Shown in pieces: positions 57,513 to 62,756 of a DNA stretch of 62,756 nt. The stretch spans positions 1 through 62,756 of IMG/VR virus record IMGVR_UViG_3300034105_003214, one strand, 5' to 3'. The first letter of the stretch is position 1; each line of letters starts with the position of its first letter. The stretch comes from a virus. Lineage: Duplodnaviria > Caudoviricetes. Below the pieces are notes generated by a model. That model did not search any database, was not told where the DNA came from, and saw only the letters and a list, made by a program, of their open reading frames with translations. The position numbers were made by a program, and so were the translations under genes.

Positions 57513-58073
57513 ATGGATGAATTTAGAAAGTTTGGTCAAATATTAAACTATATTAAAAAGTATTACTATGTTAAAGATGGTATATTTTTTAATAGGTATC
57601 ATGAACATGAATATGGTAACGATATTATTCGTGAATTACCTAAGATATTTAGTGTTGATAGAGAAGATTGTATAGAGATATTCAAGAATTGGGCTGAATC
57701 TCATGGTGTTGAATATCTAGATACAGATGCTTATGGTTCACATAAGTTAAAAAGTTACTGGTCACCTGAAATGATTCAAGATTTAACTGCCTTTAGGAAT
57801 ATTGATGCTGAAGCAGAATTAACCGCAATTTTAAGTGAACAAATAGCTGCTGAAATAGATGCACAAATTCTTTTGGATTTAAGAGGACAACTTAATGCTA
57901 ATGACTTGCTTGATGTAATTAAATGTGTTGGTTATGAAAAAGGCCCAACAATCTATGACCCAACAACATTCTCTCCAAAGAATTATTTTACTTCAATGAA
58001 AAAACACCAAATACAATATGAACGACAGAATAACCCTCACTGGCAGAATTGGATTAAAAATCGTCCATCTTAA
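57513..58073 (+). CDS. Fusion of an unknown N-terminal domain to a T4 gp23-like major-capsid segment
   Basis: WSPEMIQDLTAFRNIDAEAELTAILSEQIAAEIDAQIL resembles the conserved gp23 helix region; far too short for a capsid protein. Confidence 0.65.
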   Translation: MDEFRKFGQILNYIKKYYYVKDGIFFNRYHEHEYGNDIIRELPKIFSVDREDCIEIFKNWAESHGVEYLDTDAYGSHKLKSYWSPEMIQDLTAFRNIDAEAELTAILSEQIAAEIDAQILLDLRGQLNANDLLDVIKCVGYEKGPTIYDPTTFSPKNYFTSMKKHQIQYERQNNPHWQNWIKNRPS

Positions 58074-58596
58074 TATTTCGGTTAGTATATGAACATAAAG
58101 GTTGAAGATTTAAATGATGATTTAATTTAATTATATCTTCTTCTGTTTTACCAGTTTTTAACGGTATTATGTGGTCTATATCCCACCCGTAATTTAGTTT
58201 ATTAGGTTCATATAAACCATAGTTATCCCAATTCATCCATGGCCCCCAAAGTGATTCTAAATGGTTTTTAAATTCTTCAAAAGTACACCCAAGTATTTTT
58301 TCAGATAATGTATTCTTTTTTAAACCTTTATATCTAAAAGATTGTCTAATTAAACTCCTAATGTTTGATGTTATTCTATATAAAGGGTCTTTTAAAATTC
58401 GTTCTCTTCTATATGTGTTTATCTTATCTTTATTTTTTTCTCTATATATTTTATCGATATTACTAATAGTAGTTTTATTATTATCTCTATATTTCTTAGC
58501 TATTTTTTTTATTTTATCTTTATTTTTAAGTCTATATTCAGCATAATATTTTCTTTTAGCTTCACGACCTTCTTCAGTATTAAGATTCCAACCCAT
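58054..58596 (-). CDS. HNH-type putative homing endonuclease
   Basis: ILGCTFEEFKNHLE...MNWDNYG...WDIDHIIP...NLQPL...N. Confidence 0.8.
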   Translation of the reverse strand: MGWNLNTEEGREAKRKYYAEYRLKNKDKIKKIAKKYRDNNKTTISNIDKIYREKNKDKINTYRRERILKDPLYRITSNIRSLIRQSFRYKGLKKNTLSEKILGCTFEEFKNHLESLWGPWMNWDNYGLYEPNKLNYGWDIDHIIPLKTGKTEEDIIKLNHHLNLQPLCSYTNRNIKMDDF

Positions 58597-58738
58597 TTTT
58601 AATTTCTTTTTTAATTAGTATTTTTATTAATTTATTCATTGAGTAACCCTTATTATCACAATAAGTTTTAAATTCATCTTTTAGTTCCTGTGACATTCTT
58701 ATTGGCCAAACAACATCTTTTAGTTTTTCTTTTTTCAT
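58580..58738 (-). CDS. 52-aa RHH-like protein (not in ORF track)
   Basis: MKKEKLKDVVWPIRMSQELKDEFKTYCDNKGYSMNKLIKILIKKEIKNGLES. Confidence 0.7.
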   Translation of the reverse strand: MKKEKLKDVVWPIRMSQELKDEFKTYCDNKGYSMNKLIKILIKKEIKNGLES

Positions 58739-58831
58739 ATGTATAACATTTATTATATATATAAATATAATACATATGAAAAAAAAGTAAAATAATTTAA
58801 TAATATTAAAAAAAAATTATATATTTGCATT

Positions 58832-59353
58832 ATGGATAGAATCAAATTAATAGGAAAAATAGGTTTTGAACCAGAAGATAAAACAAACAAGCATTTATTC
58901 CAATCATCATGGAAGAAGATAGCTATGGTTTTTATTGAAGGTGATGTTTGTGAATACTACGCATGGTTTCTAAAAAAAAGATATAACATTACCCTTAACA
59001 AACCAATCAGAGGAGCTCACGTATCATTCATAAACGATTCTATGAGAGATTTAACACAGAACAATGATAAGTCAGAAGAAGAAATTCTTCAATTATGGGA
59101 AGATGTTAAAACTAAATGGGATGGAAAAAAAATTGATATTGTATTAGACTTAAACCCTAAGACTGATGATAGAATCTGGTGGTTGGATATTCCTAACGAA
59201 GAAAGAGAAGGCCTTCAAGCCATTAGAAATGAATTAGGATTAGGTAGACCATACTTTGGGATGCACATGAGCATTGGAAGGGCTCGTGATGGTGTTATGG
59301 AAGAGCATTCAAAATATCTTCATGAATGTATAAAGAATGGTTTTATTCAATAA
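58832..59353 (+). CDS. 2H phosphoesterase-like protein
   Basis: AHVSF and MHMSIG motifs. Confidence 0.55.
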   Translation: MDRIKLIGKIGFEPEDKTNKHLFQSSWKKIAMVFIEGDVCEYYAWFLKKRYNITLNKPIRGAHVSFINDSMRDLTQNNDKSEEEILQLWEDVKTKWDGKKIDIVLDLNPKTDDRIWWLDIPNEEREGLQAIRNELGLGRPYFGMHMSIGRARDGVMEEHSKYLHECIKNGFIQ

Positions 59354-60068
59354 AAAACCATTCTTTAAAATTTTTAGATTTAATACGTTCAATTACTTTA
59401 CCATAATTTATATTTAATTTAATTGACGCATCTTTACCAGATTTATATTCAGTTCCTTCAATGATACATTTTTTATTTCTTCCACCAGTTCCATTTTTTA
59501 ACATAGTTTCTCTAATTTTATTCTTTGTTTCTTCACTGGGACCAATATAATTTGGGTTCCATTTAATACCTTTCCTAATTTCACTCATTTTTATTTTAGA
59601 TTCTTCAGTATGTTTAGAACCTTTTCTATTAGATACGCAACCTTTTCTAGTTTTACTTATTTTAGCTTTTATCTCATCAGACATAATTAAACCTTTATTT
59701 GGACCAACATTACCTTTTAATTTATCACTAATTTTTTTCTTAGTTTCATCAGAAACTATTCTACCGTAATTTGATTCAGCTTTTGGTCTAGAATTGTAAC
59801 CATTATGGTATGAATTAAAACTATCTATATAAAATTGTTCTCTTTTTAACAATTCATTTATATCGTCCACTAATTCAATTATTTCAAAAATAAAAAATGA
59901 TAACCCATGAATATTATATGAATTTTGTAATTTTGGTGACCTATGTTTATTTTTAACTAAAGAATTTTTATGTTCTCTAAATCTTTTATTTATATTAATA
60001 GATGAACCAATGTAAACTTTATTAGTTTTATTATTTAGTATTTTATAAATACCTTGTTTATTTTCCAT
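59343..60068 (-). CDS. GIY-YIG homing endonuclease with NUMOD3 repeats
   Basis: QGIYKI...VYIGSS, KREQFY, GYN, SDETKKKIS repeats. Confidence 0.9.
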   Translation of the reverse strand: MENKQGIYKILNNKTNKVYIGSSININKRFREHKNSLVKNKHRSPKLQNSYNIHGLSFFIFEIIELVDDINELLKREQFYIDSFNSYHNGYNSRPKAESNYGRIVSDETKKKISDKLKGNVGPNKGLIMSDEIKAKISKTRKGCVSNRKGSKHTEESKIKMSEIRKGIKWNPNYIGPSEETKNKIRETMLKNGTGGRNKKCIIEGTEYKSGKDASIKLNINYGKVIERIKSKNFKEWFFIE

Positions 60069-60219
60069 TTTTTATCGTTATTTTGTCTTCAATATCCATT
60101 TTCATTAGATATTTTATTCTTGCTGATAATGACATATAGTTATCTTCAGCTTTTTGGTTGAATCTGGTTTTTAAATCTTCATCGATTCTCATAATAAGTG
60201 TTTTTTCTTGTTTTTTCAT
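60058..60219 (-). CDS. 53-aa RHH-like protein (not in ORF track)
   Basis: MKKQEKTLIMRIDEDLKTRFNQKAEDNYMSLSARIKYLMKMDIEDKITIKNGK. Confidence 0.7.
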   Translation of the reverse strand: MKKQEKTLIMRIDEDLKTRFNQKAEDNYMSLSARIKYLMKMDIEDKITIKNGK

Positions 60220-60435
60220 ATTTTAATTGTATATACTATAAATATACACATATATAATAAAAAGTCAAGTATTTTAAAAATAAAAGTAAAAATAATTTGT
60301 GTGTTAAAAAATAGTTGTATATTTGTACTCTAATTTAAAAGTTTTAAAAACGAGAAAAACATTGAACAGAGCACTTACATACATGAATTAATAAAACAAG
60401 GGTATATAAAATAAAGGGCTGATATCAGCCCTATT

Positions 60436-60714
60436 TTATTCATCTTCTTTTACCACATCATCTTTTACTACATCATCTGATGGTTTGGCTGGTGTTTTTC
60501 CCCATATTTTATCTACACTGGCAAGTCCTAAACAACCAAAAGACAACATAGCAACAGCATTAACTAAAGAATCAGAGGGTTTAAAATTAGCCCCGTAAAA
60601 ACTGTTAACAAATAATGTTATACATAATGTTAATCCAGCAATGAGTCCAAGAAATCTTTTGGATGAGTTTTTTCCTCTCTCGTCTTTAAAAAGATTAATA
60701 GCAAATGTTTTCAT
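60436..60714 (-). CDS. Two-TM membrane protein, holin-like
   Basis: SSKRFLG then two TM helices and a charged tail. Confidence 0.5.
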   Translation of the reverse strand: MKTFAINLFKDERGKNSSKRFLGLIAGLTLCITLFVNSFYGANFKPSDSLVNAVAMLSFGCLGLASVDKIWGKTPAKPSDDVVKDDVVKEDE

Positions 60715-60808
60715 AATATTATTATTTAATAATAAATATCAAAACATTTGGTAATATAAAAATTAAATTATATATTTGCCAAAATAATAATAAATAAAAA
60801 ATAAAATT

Positions 60809-61081
60809 ATGAAAAAATTAAACAAAGAAATACTATTAAGTATGGGATTCGAAAAAATTGGTAATGATATCTATAGTCTAACTATTGATAGTGAAGGTTT
60901 AGATTTATTTTGTTCAAATCATATTGATGAAGAATTTACATTGATTGGTAACGATAAAGAAGGCTTTGTTCTTGATGGTGAATTACATATAAATAGAGTT
61001 GATGATTTAATAAATGTTATAACCAAAGTAATGTATAACAAAGGTGTAAGAGCTAGTTATTCAGAAGCAAATAATGTTTAA
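60809..61081 (+). CDS. Hypothetical protein
   Basis: ORF after a TAnnTTTG box. Confidence 0.55.
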   Translation: MKKLNKEILLSMGFEKIGNDIYSLTIDSEGLDLFCSNHIDEEFTLIGNDKEGFVLDGELHINRVDDLINVITKVMYNKGVRASYSEANNV

Positions 61082-61093
61082 ACTAATAAAAAT

Positions 61094-62278
61094 ATGAAAC
61101 AGATAACACATGAGTATCTTGTAGATAACGGTCTTATCTTATTTGAAACCATTATTGGTTCTCAAGCATATGGAACACAGACACCTGAAAGTGATGTAGA
61201 CAAAAAATTTGTTTATATCCTACCTCTGGAAAACATTCTAGGTACTGGTTACGTGGAACAAATCAATGTAAATAAGGATTATACTGGATGGGAGATTAGA
61301 CGTTTCCTAGAACTTATGGGTTCTAACAACCCAACAGTACTAGAACTTCTTAATAGTCCAGAAGATTGTATAATTAGCAAACATCCATTGTTTGACCTTA
61401 TCCTTGAACAAAAGGAAAAGTTTATTACCAAAGTATGTAAGGATAGTTTTGGGGGTTATGCTAGACAACAAATTAAAAAAGCTAAGGGTCTTAATAAAAA
61501 ACAAAATTGGGAGAAAGATAAAGTAGTTCGTAAAGACCTATTGGATTTCTGTTATGTTATTGATGGAGAAAAAACCATTCCATGGAAAAAATGGAATGAT
61601 GGTAGGTTTGAAGAAAAATACATTGGTGCTGTTAATTTATCAAATGCTAGAGATGTATATGCTTTATTTTATGATAAAGTAAGTGAGTTATTACATTCAG
61701 ATAGACATACTGAAGCTAAACGAACAGCTTCAAAAGAAATTCGAAAAGATGCTGGTAAATCAATGGGCTTCGGATATAAGGGACTTATTAATACTGGTCA
61801 TGAAGATGAAGATGGTAAGATTAATTATGGTATTTCAAATCAATTAAGACTTTCTAGCATTCCTAAAGGTGAGAAAGCTATCTGTAACCTAATCTATAAC
61901 AAAGATGGTTACTCAGAGCATTGTAAAGATTATAGAGAGTATCAAGAATGGTTAGAGAACCGTAATGAAGCTCGTTATGTTGAAACACAAGAACATGGTC
62001 AACGTATCGATGGAAAGAATATGATGCATTGTATTAGACTTATTAATATGGCTACTGAAATTGGTCGTGGAGAAGGTATACAAGTCAGACGACAAGATGC
62101 TGCAGAACTTCTTAAAATTAGACGTGGTGAAGTTGATTTGGAAACTCTAATTGAAACTGCAGATGCTGCGATTGCAAATATGGATTCAGTATTTGAAGAT
62201 TCAGACTTACCAAATAGTGTTGATAAGAATTTGGTTAATGATTTATTGGTAAGGATTCGTAAAGAATTTTATTTATAA
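61094..62278 (+). CDS. Pol-beta superfamily nucleotidyltransferase (YcgL-like)
   Basis: GSQAYGT.TPESDVD, NNPTVLELL, KNMMHCIRL, LLKIRRG. Confidence 0.8.
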   Translation: MKQITHEYLVDNGLILFETIIGSQAYGTQTPESDVDKKFVYILPLENILGTGYVEQINVNKDYTGWEIRRFLELMGSNNPTVLELLNSPEDCIISKHPLFDLILEQKEKFITKVCKDSFGGYARQQIKKAKGLNKKQNWEKDKVVRKDLLDFCYVIDGEKTIPWKKWNDGRFEEKYIGAVNLSNARDVYALFYDKVSELLHSDRHTEAKRTASKEIRKDAGKSMGFGYKGLINTGHEDEDGKINYGISNQLRLSSIPKGEKAICNLIYNKDGYSEHCKDYREYQEWLENRNEARYVETQEHGQRIDGKNMMHCIRLINMATEIGRGEGIQVRRQDAAELLKIRRGEVDLETLIETADAAIANMDSVFEDSDLPNSVDKNLVNDLLVRIRKEFYL

Positions 62279-62595
62279 AGAGAATTATTTTCAAGTAGGA
62301 ATTTGATGGTTTCATCAGCTTCTTTACAATCATCAATAAATGAGAACACATTCTCATCGGTAAGTATACGCCACTCATTCTTGGCTTCAGATTTGGAGCC
62401 AGAATGTTTTCGGTGCATCCATTGTTCTACTTTTAGATAGTTTTTTGAATAGTATTGTTTAAGAAGACTTATTTTATTAGGATTACCTGTTTGCAATTGC
62501 TTTAAACGAAGGTTTGGGTCGTTTTTAGTTATACCTATTTTGTGGGAACAATTTCCATCAATGTCGGTTTGTAATAAGAGGTAAACGTAGCCCAT
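62269..62595 (-). CDS. GIY-YIG/T5orf172-domain protein
   Basis: GYVYLL, KIGIT, RLKQLQTGNP, E..MH, NEW. Confidence 0.8.
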   Translation of the reverse strand: MGYVYLLLQTDIDGNCSHKIGITKNDPNLRLKQLQTGNPNKISLLKQYYSKNYLKVEQWMHRKHSGSKSEAKNEWRILTDENVFSFIDDCKEADETIKFLLENNSLYK

Positions 62596-62756
62596 AATTC
62601 TTAAATATAAGGAATATTTTAAAAATTGTCAATATATTTTAAAAATAAATCAATAAAATACTTGACTATTAGGAATCTTTTTGTATATTTGCTTATATTT
62701 ATTAAACAACGTGGTAGAAACCACATAAAAATTAAAATAAAAATGAAAAATTTAGC

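Noticed and set aside
57513-58073. True major capsid gene
   Set aside because: Only about 40 residues resemble gp23 in a 186-aa ORF outside a structural cluster.
4151-58546. Many short overlapping or antisense ORFs in the track (e.g. 4151, 10289, 11979, 15142, 20580, 24188, 39343, 53962, 58361)
   Set aside because: Shadows of longer motif-bearing genes; composition reflects the reverse or shifted frame.
1-62756. Alternative genetic code (TAG/TGA recoding)
   Set aside because: Code 11 gives dense full-length genes; TAG and TGA end intact genes; no suppressor tRNA; the only interruption seen (rnhB) is TAA plus a frame change.
1-62756. CRISPR array
   Set aside because: No regularly spaced repeats with unique spacers; no cas genes.

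Overview
AT-rich, densely coding, mostly + strand segment of a large (jumbo-type) dsDNA bacteriophage. The host is probably in Bacteroidota: TAnnTTTG -7 promoter boxes precede many genes, starts lack Shine-Dalgarno sequences, and an Hc1-like histone is present. Standard genetic code. Content: two virion/baseplate-like genes; replication/recombination genes (RuvC-like, primase, exonuclease, Dda-like helicase, split SbcD, SbcC, DNA ligase, interrupted RNase HII); a sigma-70-family factor; lysis-type genes; DnaJ, ClpP and tmRNA; two tRNA/ncRNA islands; an RNA-repair/translation-rescue set (CCA enzyme, kinase, 2H phosphoesterases, two RNA ligases, Pth2-like); a PARP-like protein; and about eight homing-type endonucleases. 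Best candidates for undescribed systems: (1) a 33-codon leader peptide with a 1:2/2:3/3:4 attenuator upstream of the tRNA cluster, whose codons 4-19 are read by exactly the tRNA species encoded downstream, suggesting a tRNA-depletion sensor; (2) four ncRNAs sharing a covarying closing stem and a TNCWGCAA box, one directly behind a TROVE-like vWA gene; (3) one small domain fused separately to tail-tube and major-capsid fragments; (4) a possible GGC-TAA-TT-GGT ribosomal hop in RNase HII; (5) RHH plus homing-endonuclease cassettes. All protein calls rest on motif recognition by eye; no searches were run.
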